This document shows, in pieces, positions 54,375 through 54,498 of a DNA stretch of 54,498 nt. Positions within the stretch are counted from its first letter, which is position 1. The number at the start of each line of letters is the position of its first letter. The notes beneath the pieces are model-generated. The model did not search any database. It had not been told where the DNA came from and saw only the letters and a program-made list of their open reading frames with translations. The DNA is taken from assembly GCA_964016885.1 (NCBI GenBank), contig CAXHJY010000828.1:1-54498 (forward strand). The letters are read 5' to 3'. Source of the stretch: Eledone cirrhosa (Eukaryota). The position numbers were made by a program, and so were the translations under genes.

Positions 54375-54497
54375 ATACTCTGATATGCCCAGTTCCTTGT
54401 TGGGTTGTTAATTCACTGGGGAACTGGAGTCATATCATATGACTCCAGTTCCCCAGTGAATTAACAACCCAACAAGGAACTGGGCATATCAGAGTAT
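54375..54497. repeat. Perfect palindrome, 61 bp arms with a 1 nt spacer
   Basis: 54375-54435 is the exact reverse complement of 54437-54497. It lies 5' of the hammerhead on the minus strand. Confidence 0.9.
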
Positions 54498-54498
54498 T

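Overview
AT-rich, repeat-dense eukaryotic DNA in which I can support no intact protein-coding gene. The SINE families and huge (TA)n/(CA)n tracts look like an octopod cephalopod, which is recognition from memory and not a database result. About half the window is compound microsatellite, including a ~10 kb (TA)n-CTG array at 39.2-49.4 kb, and nearly all long ORFs in the track are artefacts of these repeats. Supported elements are about 14 copies of one tRNA-derived SINE (several with target-site duplications), two other SINE families, decayed LINE fragments (RTE-type endonuclease, RTE C-terminus, and an R4/NeSL-type restriction-like endonuclease), and two hAT-like MITEs. The most interesting signal is a set of short non-coding elements next to (TA)n tracts that carry minimal type-I hammerhead ribozyme motifs (7001-7065, its mirror 6911-6975, 9775-9817, 54264-54318, plus decayed copies). 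Several are long near-perfect fold-back palindromes. Two related palindromes (4141-4264 and 33160-33277) look like hammerheads whose 5' half was replaced by fold-back copying from stem II, consistent with non-autonomous Penelope-like pseudo-LTR derivatives. A duplicated CCAAT/homeobox/forkhead motif block at 35.8 and 37.9 kb is the best candidate for host regulatory sequence.
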